From positions 218,835 through 282,834 of the forward strand of contig JBIOWE010000006.1 in NCBI GenBank assembly GCA_044868145.1: a stretch of DNA of 64,000 bases, given 5' to 3'. The notes beneath the pieces were generated by a model that ran no database searches, was not told where the DNA came from, and was given only the letters and a program-made list of their open reading frames with translations. A program made the translations under genes and the position numbers. The DNA is from Patescibacteria group bacterium. Its GTDB lineage: Bacteria; Patescibacteriota; Patescibacteriia; UBA10025; JBIOWE01. Every line of letters begins with the position of its first letter. Position 1 is the first letter of the stretch. Below, in pieces: positions 55,524 to 64,000 of the stretch.

Positions 55524-56840
55524 ATGAATATAAAAGCAAGACGCATCATCTTCTCGAGTTTCCTGTTTCTCTTCCTGATCATAGCGCCAATCATTATCGC
55601 GTATTCTTTTGGCATACGCTTTGATTTTAATAAAAAGCACATTGTGCAAGCGGGCGTCATCACTGTTGATTCAATCCCCCATTCCGCTACAATACGGTTG
55701 AATGGCGAGGTGCAAAAGCAAAAGACTCCAGCGAAATTTACGCGTCTAGCGCCCGGCCAGTACACGCTGAAGGTATCCAAACTGGGCTATTATGATTGGC
55801 AATCAGAAACCGCAGTCCAAAAGGGCGAAGCATCAATCTTTGACAACGTGTATTTAATCAAAAATACCGAGTCGCAATTATTGGTTGCTGGCACAATCAC
55901 AAGCATCGAACAACTGACTGATGGTGGGTTCTTAATTATCCAGAAGTCATCTGAAAATGTTTACGCTCTCTCAAGGTTTACATTTGGACGAAGTTTTGAA
56001 AATGTCACATCCCAAGAATCAATCTCGCCCCCGCAGATGTTTTGCGCAACTGACTCGCAACAATGCATTATGAGTTACGAGACAGCTCTGGGGCAGTCAC
56101 TGCTGTTGATAAATCTTTCTGGACAGTTTACGACTTCCAATTTCAGCAATAATCACGGGGAACCAATCACCCATATCGCCTACTCTTCTCAGGCTAAAGC
56201 ATGGATTGGGTTACGGGGAAATGCCATAGTTCAACTAGATTTTATTAAACAACTGATTTTACCCTATGTAACGTCGTCGGATCCGGTACAGGATTATCTG
56301 TTGCAGAATGACGAAGTTGTTGTTCTTACCGAGCAATCGATTTTCGTCCGAAGCACGAAAAACCTTGGCATGGATATGTACCAGATCAAGCTTAATCACA
56401 AGTATAAACTTCTCAAGTCGTCTAACGGAAACATTTTCTTACTGAACGGCAACGGAAATGCCATAGGCATATACCGGGTTGGTAACCAATCAGTGAGCGA
56501 GATAGATATCCGTGGTTCAGATGCGCTCTACGCGGAAAGAGCCCGAGCTTTTGTTATCGCGAACACGAACGAAATTTGGCTCATGGATAATAACCTGGCG
56601 TCCGCGCCAAGGCTCATCTGGCGTTCTAGCGGCACCTTAACAAAGAGTTCGGTTAATTCGCATGCGCCTTACCTTATGCATCTTCATAATAATGTCCTGA
56701 CGTTTCTCGAATTGCTCCGTAAAAACCCTTATTCACTGGCACTATCCAGCTCACCCGTGTATGACTTCGCCTTTGCAAATAATGGAAAAACCCTCCTCTT
56801 TGTTACTGACGAGGGTCTTTTTACTCAAGAGATTTTTTAA
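55524..56840 (+). CDS. PEGA-domain membrane-anchored protein with beta-propeller-like C-terminus
   Basis: N-terminal TM; GVITVDSIPHSATIRLNG..TP..LAPGQYTLKVSKLGYYDW. Confidence 0.75.
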   Translation: MNIKARRIIFSSFLFLFLIIAPIIIAYSFGIRFDFNKKHIVQAGVITVDSIPHSATIRLNGEVQKQKTPAKFTRLAPGQYTLKVSKLGYYDWQSETAVQKGEASIFDNVYLIKNTESQLLVAGTITSIEQLTDGGFLIIQKSSENVYALSRFTFGRSFENVTSQESISPPQMFCATDSQQCIMSYETALGQSLLLINLSGQFTTSNFSNNHGEPITHIAYSSQAKAWIGLRGNAIVQLDFIKQLILPYVTSSDPVQDYLLQNDEVVVLTEQSIFVRSTKNLGMDMYQIKLNHKYKLLKSSNGNIFLLNGNGNAIGIYRVGNQSVSEIDIRGSDALYAERARAFVIANTNEIWLMDNNLASAPRLIWRSSGTLTKSSVNSHAPYLMHLHNNVLTFLELLRKNPYSLALSSSPVYDFAFANNGKTLLFVTDEGLFTQEIF

Positions 56841-56844
56841 ACCA

Positions 56845-57567
56845 TTACGGTTTCCGTGAACCAGCGACGAGCATGGAAGCGCGCAGGAGGGAACGGAACG
56901 ACTCGCCGCCGTCGCCCCACCAGCCTTTAAGCACTTCAAAGGTCATTTGTCCTCTTCGGATGTAATAATTGTTGACGTCCGTTATCTCAAGCTCGCCCCG
57001 TCTTGATGGTTTGAGTTTTTTGACTACCTGAAACACCGTCGGATCGTACATGTATAAACCAACCACTGCCAGGTCTGATGGCGGGTCTTTTGGCTTTTCC
57101 ACGATACGCTTAATTTTTTTCTTTTCGATTTCAACAACGCCGTATGATTTTGGATTATCCACTTTTTTCAAAAAGACTCTTGCTCCTTTTTTTTGGCGTT
57201 GGAACGACACAATGCTTTTTTTGATGCTGTCTTTCAGTATATTATCGCCGAGCATCACAACGATTTTTTCACCGTCAGCGAAATTCTTTGCTAACCCAAG
57301 CGCCTGCGCGATACCGCCTGGCTCTTCCTGGACTTCATAGGACAAATCCACTCCCAGTTCTCTTCCTGAACCGAGTAATTCTAGGAAATGTCCTGCGTGG
57401 CCCTTGCCGGATACGATGAGAATTTCAACGATACCCGCGTTCCGCAAGGTTTGTATGGGGTAGTAAATCATCGGTCGGTCAAAAACCGGCAAAAGATGTT
57501 TATTTGTTACTTTTGTGAGCGGAAATAAGCGTGAACCTGTGCCACCCGCAAGAATGATACCCTTCAT
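56845..57567 (-). CDS. rmlA: Glucose-1-phosphate thymidylyltransferase (short RmlA/SpsI type)
   Basis: GIILAGGTGSRLFPLT..NKHLLP, LGDN, EKP, RGELEITD. Confidence 0.9.
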   Translation of the reverse strand: MKGIILAGGTGSRLFPLTKVTNKHLLPVFDRPMIYYPIQTLRNAGIVEILIVSGKGHAGHFLELLGSGRELGVDLSYEVQEEPGGIAQALGLAKNFADGEKIVVMLGDNILKDSIKKSIVSFQRQKKGARVFLKKVDNPKSYGVVEIEKKKIKRIVEKPKDPPSDLAVVGLYMYDPTVFQVVKKLKPSRRGELEITDVNNYYIRRGQMTFEVLKGWWGDGGESFRSLLRASMLVAGSRKP

Positions 57568-57609
57568 AGGAAAGTGAAAAATAAAAACTAAAAAGGAAAA
57601 ATGAGCAGA

Positions 57610-58455
57610 TTAGTGTGTATTTGTGATGAGAAATTCGTGGAGGGCTGCTTGCCACGGACGCATCGGCGGAAGCTTAGTATTCAGCAACATGGAGTACATT
57701 GGACGTTTTGCAAGTCGCTGAAAATGCGAACCAGGCACAGCCCTTAGTGTAGCACGGATTTTCAGAGTCTGAAATATCTCTTGGCTGAATTGAAACCACG
57801 TGCAGCCGCCAGTATTGGTTATGTGGTAAACCCCAAACGGCATAGTACTTTCTATTACTTCCCGCGTGCGAGTTGCAAGGTCAAGTACGTACGTCGGCGA
57901 AGAAACTTCCTCATCAATAACTTCAAGGATACTCTGTTTTTTCGACAAGTCTATCATTTTCGATACGAAACTTTTTTTCGCTAGTGGGCTTGTTGCTTCT
58001 GGGCCAAAAAGTCGTGAGGTTCGAATGAGGTAGTAACGTTTCGCGTTGGTTTGAACCGCTTGCTCGCCTTTTAATTTTGAAACACCGTATGCACTGATGG
58101 GCTCGGGTCTGTCCGTTTCCGCATATCCTTCTTTTTTATCGCCGAAAAAAACGTAGTCAGTGCTGTAGTGAATAAGGAGGGCGCCAACGTTCTGTGCGGC
58201 ATTCGCGAGAAACTCAACGGCAGTGGCGTTGAGAAGCGTCGCTTTCTCCGGCTCTCGTTCTGCGCCGTCAACGTCGTTATACGCTGCGGCATTGATGACA
58301 ATATCTGGTTTTGTTTGGGAAATCGATCGGTCTATGTCTTCTTTGCTTGTTACGTCAAGTTCATTTCGATCGTATTCTATCAGCGTGTAATCTCGCAAGA
58401 CGTGCTTTAACGCTTGCCCTAGCATGCCTTTCACACCGAGAATCACAATTCGCAT
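57610..58455 (-). CDS. rmlD: dTDP-4-dehydrorhamnose reductase
   Basis: GVKGMLG, INAAAYNDVD, STDYVF, YGVSK, SPTY. Confidence 0.93.
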   Translation of the reverse strand: MRIVILGVKGMLGQALKHVLRDYTLIEYDRNELDVTSKEDIDRSISQTKPDIVINAAAYNDVDGAEREPEKATLLNATAVEFLANAAQNVGALLIHYSTDYVFFGDKKEGYAETDRPEPISAYGVSKLKGEQAVQTNAKRYYLIRTSRLFGPEATSPLAKKSFVSKMIDLSKKQSILEVIDEEVSSPTYVLDLATRTREVIESTMPFGVYHITNTGGCTWFQFSQEIFQTLKIRATLRAVPGSHFQRLAKRPMYSMLLNTKLPPMRPWQAALHEFLITNTH

Positions 58456-58458
58456 ATA

Positions 58459-59457
58459 TTATGTTTTCCCATACTGCTTTTTGTAATACTCAAGGTATGC
58501 GCCAGATTTGATTCTTTTCCACCATCGCTCGTTTTGAATGTACCAGTCTACTGTTTGCTTCAGGCCTTGGTCGAAAGAATAGCTTGGTGACCACCCGAGC
58601 TTTTGCAGTTTTGATGAGTCAAGGGCGTAGCGGAAGTCGTGCCCTGGACGATCAGACACGCTTTCGATTGATGATGCATCCTTGGCCAAAAGGTCTAAAA
58701 GTTTTTTTGTTAATTCCAGATTCGATATCTCATGTCCAGACGAAATATTATACGTTTCTCCGGGCGATCCTTTTTTGATAATCGTGTTGAGGCCGCTGCA
58801 GTAGTCTTCCATGTAAATCCATTCTCGACGATTTGAGCCATCGCCATAAAGAGGAACTTTCTTACCTTCGAGAAGGTTGGTGATAAATAAAGGGATGACT
58901 TTCTCGGGGTATTGGTACGGGCCGTAGAAGTTCACGCTATGCGTTATAATGATGGGCATTTTATATGTTACTGTGTAGGCGCGGCATAAGTGATCTCCTG
59001 CAGCTTTGGAGGCCGCATATGGACTATTTGGCTCAAAAGGGCTTTGTTCTGTGAATTTGCCGTTTAGGAGGCTTCCGTACACCTCATCCGTGGAAACCTG
59101 CACGTAGAGGCCAACCTTATGCGTTTTAGAGGCCTCCAGCAGGGTGTAAGTACCTACGACGTCTGTTTGGATAAACGTTTTCGGATCCAAGATAGACCTG
59201 TCCACGTGTGTTTCAGCGGCAAAGTTTACGACGAGATTTTTTCCTCTCATCACGTCGTTAACAAATCGGTCGTCAGCAATGTCGCCTTTTACAAACTCGT
59301 ATCGCGGGTTCTTTTGTATGTCTTGCAGGTTGTCGAGGTTGCCGGCGTATGTGAGCTTATCGAAATTCGTTATATACCAGTCTGGATGTTCCTTAAGCGC
59401 ATAGCGAATGAAATTCGACCCCATAAATCCTGCTCCGCCGGTAATTAATACTTTCAT
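58459..59457 (-). CDS. rmlB: dTDP-glucose 4,6-dehydratase
   Basis: TGGAGFMG, DKLTYAG, AAETHVDRSI, STDEVYG, YAASK, DRPGHD. Confidence 0.95.
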   Translation of the reverse strand: MKVLITGGAGFMGSNFIRYALKEHPDWYITNFDKLTYAGNLDNLQDIQKNPRYEFVKGDIADDRFVNDVMRGKNLVVNFAAETHVDRSILDPKTFIQTDVVGTYTLLEASKTHKVGLYVQVSTDEVYGSLLNGKFTEQSPFEPNSPYAASKAAGDHLCRAYTVTYKMPIIITHSVNFYGPYQYPEKVIPLFITNLLEGKKVPLYGDGSNRREWIYMEDYCSGLNTIIKKGSPGETYNISSGHEISNLELTKKLLDLLAKDASSIESVSDRPGHDFRYALDSSKLQKLGWSPSYSFDQGLKQTVDWYIQNERWWKRIKSGAYLEYYKKQYGKT

Positions 59458-59930
59458 ATGGCTTCCCAATTAAATCCAATGTTCGGATCATTATAAGGAA
59501 TACGCTGCTCGTCTGGGTTTTTTGCGTCATACGTTTCAGTCGTGTGATAAAATAAAAGCACTGGTTCTTCGCTTAAAACTTTGTACCCGTGTGCCACGCC
59601 TGAAGGTATGACAACAAGTTTGTAATCCCCCTCTCCCGCGTAGAGTGTTTGAGTTTCGCCTTTTGTCGCCGAATCATCACGGAGATCATGCAAGACAATA
59701 AGAGCTTTACCAGTCGCCACAAACCAAAGGTCATCCTGTTTTTTATGCCAATGAAAAGCCTTTATCGTATCTTTGTAAGTAACGGTGAAGGTGGATTGTC
59801 CGAATTTTTTAAGAAGGCCCTCACCTGCACGAAGAATCTCTGCGAGAAATCCAGGTTTGTATACCTGTTCGCCTGGGTCCACGACGTCTTGAAACACTTT
59901 TAGTTTTTTTATTATTACGTCGTGTATCAT
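59454..59930 (-). CDS. rmlC: dTDP-4-dehydrorhamnose 3,5-epimerase (RmlC/SpsL type)
   Basis: IKAFHWHKKQ, DLRDDSAT, IPSGVAHGY, YNDPNIGFNW. Confidence 0.88.
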   Translation of the reverse strand: MIHDVIIKKLKVFQDVVDPGEQVYKPGFLAEILRAGEGLLKKFGQSTFTVTYKDTIKAFHWHKKQDDLWFVATGKALIVLHDLRDDSATKGETQTLYAGEGDYKLVVIPSGVAHGYKVLSEEPVLLFYHTTETYDAKNPDEQRIPYNDPNIGFNWEAI

Positions 59931-60355
59931 TGTTTTGTTACTGACTCGTCGATTTTTTCCTCATGTAACAACAAAAGCGAGAGGAAAAAGGTTACTACAC
60001 CCGATAAGAAAGCAATAGCAAATGCCAATGTCCCGAGCTGCTTCATCTTAAAATACAGCACTAGAGCAACAATGACTGATAAGGAAGCGATAAGTAGATA
60101 ATGACGCATCGAAACGTCTGTATGCGTTGACTTGCCCGGTTCTGACTTTGCTATCAACGCGTGAACGACCCCGGCTACGATTGTTGTATAGAGCAAGATA
60201 TTCAGATCAACGTAGTCGCTGATAAATGTCGGCCATAATTCTTCAATGGTATAGAAAAGAAGGTACGATACGAGACTTACTTTAAAAAGTTCAAAAACGA
60301 TATTTTGCAGCATACGCATTCCTGGATTTTCTTTTTGAATAAACGTGGGTCTCAT
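59927..60355 (-). CDS. 4-TM hypothetical membrane protein
   Basis: Four hydrophobic segments; translationally coupled to rmlC. Confidence 0.6.
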   Translation of the reverse strand: MRPTFIQKENPGMRMLQNIVFELFKVSLVSYLLFYTIEELWPTFISDYVDLNILLYTTIVAGVVHALIAKSEPGKSTHTDVSMRHYLLIASLSVIVALVLYFKMKQLGTLAFAIAFLSGVVTFFLSLLLLHEEKIDESVTKQ

Positions 60356-60357
60356 GG

Positions 60358-62109
60358 TTATTGTAGTACGCGCTTGATCAAGTTCATGAGCCGCGGAAAT
60401 GCGTTCTGAAACGTTATCGGTTTTTTCTCGAAAAGAATAGACACTTCTTTCACGTGTAAGGTTTTGTTCTGCTCGGACATTTCCGGAAGGGCAATAATAA
60501 ATGAAACGGTGTGGTTGTTTGTGAACAGGTACGGCACGCTTACGCTAGCTTGCGCCACGAAGTCGCCATTGGATATGCTCGCTGGTTTATATTTCGATAT
60601 AATGTAGTCGTAATCGTCGATATGAGCCACTGTTGCGACGCTCGGAATACCAATGTCGTTTGGGTTGAAAAGTTGATTTTGGGAAAAGGCAAAAAAGCCA
60701 TTACCCTGTATAACGACATCATTCTCGGGGGAAGTTATCGCTGTAATACTTTTTAGATTTTTTACGGTGAAAGGGGTATTGATCGTTTCCACCTTCACAA
60801 TGTTCGAACCGACCAACACGTCTTGCAGACCCGCTATATGGGACGTACTTATTTCCAAGGAAGTGCTGGTCGTGTACACGGCCGTTGGCGTTACTGCCTT
60901 TTCACCCAGTATGTCCTTATACTCAAGGCTATCAGTTAAATAAATCTTCCCGGAGAACATCAGAAGTTGTTGAAACGTGGTTATTTGTTTTATAAAAATA
61001 TCGTCCGGGGTTTCGATGGTGAGTCGGTACAGTCCAAACGGTAAGTCGTCTTGAACAATAGTAAGCGTCATTTCCTGGGACGGTTTACCGGTAGCGCCGT
61101 CTACCCCATCGTCATCGACCTGGTAACTCTTTATTTTTTCATTCTCGTGATTATAAAGTGTAACGGAGAAAACGTCCTTCCCTTGGTGTCGGTTAATATC
61201 TTGAATCTGGAACGTATAGGAAAGCGACTCGTCTTTACCAATGTAAGTGTATATTTGGTGGGAGCCGCGTATGCTTTTTGTTATGACAAGAGGTACCGTG
61301 CTTTTTCGATAACCAGGTAACTGATAGTAATCGGATAATTCATAATTGTACTGTAGAAGCTTGTTCTGCGGCGGTAAACTCTGAAAGAACTCCTGTATAG
61401 ACGCGTAGCGGACCGGCGGCCGTTCGATTGTCACCAGGGTAGACTGCAAGGTATCTAATTGATTGTCGCGATCCCTTTCCAGAATAAGTTTCCTTTTTTC
61501 ATATTCATCCGCGCTCACTTCTCCCTTTTCATTCATTGCGACAAGTTCGTTCAGCGATTTATTGTACTGGGCAAGGACTTTCCCTTTGTTTTGTTCGTAT
61601 TCCGCCTTTTGTTTTTTTTGGTTTTCAACCAGCACGGCGTTGCGTTGCCATAAATAAACGTTATTTTCTTGAATTTTTTCCCAATAATCGGGAAGATTTT
61701 CCAAAGCAATCGGATGGCGCGCCAATTCTTCGTAATAATAGTTATTGTTCTCACCAGGTTGCTTTACGCCAAGTCGAAGAATCTCTTGCTTGTCGGGGTT
61801 GTCATAGCGTAACGTTACCGTTGCCTTTTGAAACGGGCGCGGCACCTTCACGTCGAAATATAACGGTGAAACGGTTATAAGTTGGAAATAGTCAGTTGCT
61901 TTTTGAGTATTACTTGTGCCGATGACACGATCCGGCTCTTTTGAAGCAAAATTCAAAACGCGATCGGATTCCTCCGGAATGGTATATCGAATCGTCAGTT
62001 TGCCAAAGGGAACGATGTGTTGATAAACGATCCAAAAAAGCAAAATAAGAGGCAGTGTCCAGATAAATACTTTGACGACGCGTTGTTGTTTGTCTGACGT
62101 TTTTTCCAT
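60358..62109 (-). CDS. Membrane-anchored hypothetical extracellular protein
   Basis: N-terminal TM, beta-rich body with an internal coiled coil; start may instead be TTG at 62151. Confidence 0.6.
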   Translation of the reverse strand: MEKTSDKQQRVVKVFIWTLPLILLFWIVYQHIVPFGKLTIRYTIPEESDRVLNFASKEPDRVIGTSNTQKATDYFQLITVSPLYFDVKVPRPFQKATVTLRYDNPDKQEILRLGVKQPGENNNYYYEELARHPIALENLPDYWEKIQENNVYLWQRNAVLVENQKKQKAEYEQNKGKVLAQYNKSLNELVAMNEKGEVSADEYEKRKLILERDRDNQLDTLQSTLVTIERPPVRYASIQEFFQSLPPQNKLLQYNYELSDYYQLPGYRKSTVPLVITKSIRGSHQIYTYIGKDESLSYTFQIQDINRHQGKDVFSVTLYNHENEKIKSYQVDDDGVDGATGKPSQEMTLTIVQDDLPFGLYRLTIETPDDIFIKQITTFQQLLMFSGKIYLTDSLEYKDILGEKAVTPTAVYTTSTSLEISTSHIAGLQDVLVGSNIVKVETINTPFTVKNLKSITAITSPENDVVIQGNGFFAFSQNQLFNPNDIGIPSVATVAHIDDYDYIISKYKPASISNGDFVAQASVSVPYLFTNNHTVSFIIALPEMSEQNKTLHVKEVSILFEKKPITFQNAFPRLMNLIKRVLQ

Positions 62110-62147
62110 TGAATATAACGCAAGGATAGCTATTTTTTTAAAATAAT

Positions 62148-63767
62148 TCAAGACGCAAGTTTAAGTAAACGTTCGTTATTGGGAAACGATATAATTTCTT
62201 TAAACGTTACCCCGATGCCTCCCAATAGTTGTTGCAAAGATGCAAAGTCCGGATCAGTTGGCGCGTAGTAATAATACACAAGAGTTTTTGCAAGGAGCGA
62301 CTGTATCAGTCTCACTTTTTCTGTGTCGGCAGCTGGTAGCGATACAATGACCTGCCGTTCCGGAAAGAACACCTTGTCGCTGGCGCCGGCGATGATGACT
62401 GAATCCTTGGGTGTGCGCTCTACAACGGCTTCGGCCTTTTGCTTGTTCTGATTTGCATATTCGCGAAGGGCAAAAATTCCCTGCAACGGGTCAAGCAGAA
62501 CGATATGGAAAGAAGTAAAGACAAAAGCGCTAAGCACAATGCTAATAGCGAATACGCGCCAACGAAATGATCGTAGGTAACTTACTACTTTCAGAATACC
62601 GATCGCGCAAAACGGTAAGCTAAACAAAGACACAGGTAACCAGTATCGAATGTAGGAAGAGCCAAGAATGATTTTCGTCCGATCGATGTATTCATAAAAT
62701 TCCCACGAGCCGTAGTACAGAAACAACCATATGCCCATAAAAAAGAATAAAAAAGTATACAGAAACTCCAAACGCCAGCGGCGTTCAGCAACGAATTTTT
62801 TTATGGTAAGAAAAAGACCAAAACCAAAGAAAATGGAAAATAAGGGGAAGATCCTTATGAAGTAATCGAGAACCCTTTCGGATGCGCCCGCGAAGTGTAC
62901 GCCAAAGGGAAATAAGATCTTCCCAACCTGCGTTAGAAAAGAGTTCCCGGCCCCCGAGGTAGAAATCGAGAGTGAATCGTCGAAATATGATTGATACGGC
63001 ATGCCGCCGAACAAATTCCAAAGAATGAACAAATATGGAATCAACACTATTGCGGCGCCTCCGGCGAAATACAGAACATTTTGCCAAAACCCTTTTTTAC
63101 CTGCGACAATCAGAATGATGAGGATAATCACGCTCGTCCAAAAAAATTCGACAGTTCGTATACTCAGTGAAACGCCAAATACAATGCCGGACAATGCGAG
63201 AATGAGATTATTCTTTTTCTCGAACGCACGCAATATGAGGTAAAGACTTAGTAGAAAAAAAACGAGAAACGCTACGTTATGGAACATGCCTCTCGTGGCA
63301 TAGTACCAGTATCCAGGATGGAGCAACAAAAGGATTGCGGTAAGGAATGCAACTGATGTATGGAAAACTCTTTTTAGCAATAAAAATATAATAATCGCGG
63401 CAAGAACAGCAAGCGCGGGCGTTAAAAACAAAATAACGAATGAACCGAAAACCTTTGCGATAGCCCCGTAGAGCATAATCATTCCGATAAAGCTCGCGGG
63501 TATCAAAAAACCGCCTTGAACAATTGTGCTGCGCGGATGGGTGATTCCTTCACCCAGCCCATACAATTGGTTATAAAATCTCAGTGAAAGGCTGTCTTGA
63601 AACTGAGTTATGAAGAAATAATTGGCGGTTTCGTCCGGTGACGTAAATTTGGGCTGTGCTTGATAGAGAGGCGCACTGTATATGAAAAAAAACACAATCC
63701 CTATGAGTATAAGGACTATGATTGCATTTTTCTCGTTCCCCATCGGTTGTCCCTTTCGAAAAATCAC
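62148..63767 (-). CDS. GT-C fold (ArnT/PMT-like) membrane glycosyltransferase
   Basis: SPDETAN motif after TM1, many TM helices, YIRYWLP; alternative ATG at 63743. Confidence 0.75.
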   Translation of the reverse strand: MIFRKGQPMGNEKNAIIVLILIGIVFFFIYSAPLYQAQPKFTSPDETANYFFITQFQDSLSLRFYNQLYGLGEGITHPRSTIVQGGFLIPASFIGMIMLYGAIAKVFGSFVILFLTPALAVLAAIIIFLLLKRVFHTSVAFLTAILLLLHPGYWYYATRGMFHNVAFLVFFLLSLYLILRAFEKKNNLILALSGIVFGVSLSIRTVEFFWTSVIILIILIVAGKKGFWQNVLYFAGGAAIVLIPYLFILWNLFGGMPYQSYFDDSLSISTSGAGNSFLTQVGKILFPFGVHFAGASERVLDYFIRIFPLFSIFFGFGLFLTIKKFVAERRWRLEFLYTFLFFFMGIWLFLYYGSWEFYEYIDRTKIILGSSYIRYWLPVSLFSLPFCAIGILKVVSYLRSFRWRVFAISIVLSAFVFTSFHIVLLDPLQGIFALREYANQNKQKAEAVVERTPKDSVIIAGASDKVFFPERQVIVSLPAADTEKVRLIQSLLAKTLVYYYYAPTDPDFASLQQLLGGIGVTFKEIISFPNNERLLKLAS

Positions 63768-63837
63768 TATAATAGTATATCATTTTAACATTACTTTACA
63801 ATGTGACGACTTTCTGTTATTATAAATTCTGAATTTC

Positions 63838-64000
63838 ATGAGCAGACCTGTCATAATCGTTTCATTCTTTCTTTCTTATGTGGCTTTGTTAGCCGCACTG
63901 TATTTTTTTTCGGAAAGCGCACGCTTTCTCAAAACTCCTTTGGTTATCGTCTGGGCTCTTTATGTTTTTTTCCTGCCCGGATACGTGTGGGGACTAGTTG
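63838..64000 (+). CDS. Membrane protein, 3'-truncated (DUF1616-like FLPGY motif)
   Basis: Translated by hand: MSRPVIIVSFFLSYVALLAALYFF..VFFLPGYVWGLV, open to the window end. Confidence 0.55.
   Translation, partial: MSRPVIIVSFFLSYVALLAALYFFSESARFLKTPLVIVWALYVFFLPGYVWGLV

Noticed and set aside
57568-57609. A-rich ~7-nt periodic tract between rmlD and rmlA
   Set aside because: Only about four degenerate units; cannot be told apart from low-complexity spacer.
1-64000. UGA recoding (code 25), tRNA/rRNA genes, oriC
   Set aside because: TGA ends several genes at expected positions and genes are intact in code 11; I saw no cloverleaf or rRNA sequence; only two isolated DnaA boxes were noticed.

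Overview
64 kb of a compact bacterial chromosome in the standard genetic code (TGA serves as stop). Gene content (short AlaS, stand-alone VirD4-like ATPase pair, sigma4/HARE-HTH protein, FG-GAP L,D-transpeptidase, cohesin proteins, pilB-pilC-minor pilins-pilMNO with no secretin, few Shine-Dalgarno sites) points to a Patescibacteria/CPR (Parcubacteria/ABY1-like) genome; this is inference. Most of the window is housekeeping: infA-rpmJ-rpsM-rpsK-rpoA-rplQ-rplM-rpsI, alaS, mnmA, secD/secF/secA, pdaD-speB, mraY-murD-ftsW-murG-murC-murB, murA, ctpA, pyrG, rplI, rpmA, a type IV pilus operon and a dTDP-rhamnose (rml) cluster with GT-C glycosyltransferases. The most striking region is 1-7.9 kb. It encodes a large adhesin-like protein and a smaller secreted subunit that share a ~77% identical WxL/CS1-pilin-like C-terminal domain, a DUF916-like membrane-anchored chaperone, a secreted dockerin protein whose N-terminus looks like a pilin donor strand, and two membrane-anchored cohesins. 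I propose this is an usher-less, sortase-less fibre anchored through cohesin-dockerin. A REP-associated tyrosine transposase with five covarying REP hairpins sits inside the cluster, and one REP carries a nested 20-bp palindrome. Other oddities: SecD with an inserted, circularly permuted parvulin domain, RpoA lacking the alpha-CTD, a possible attenuator in the infA leader, and a TTGACA dyad in the promoter of the sigma4-like gene. All family assignments come from motif recognition by eye; no database searches were run.
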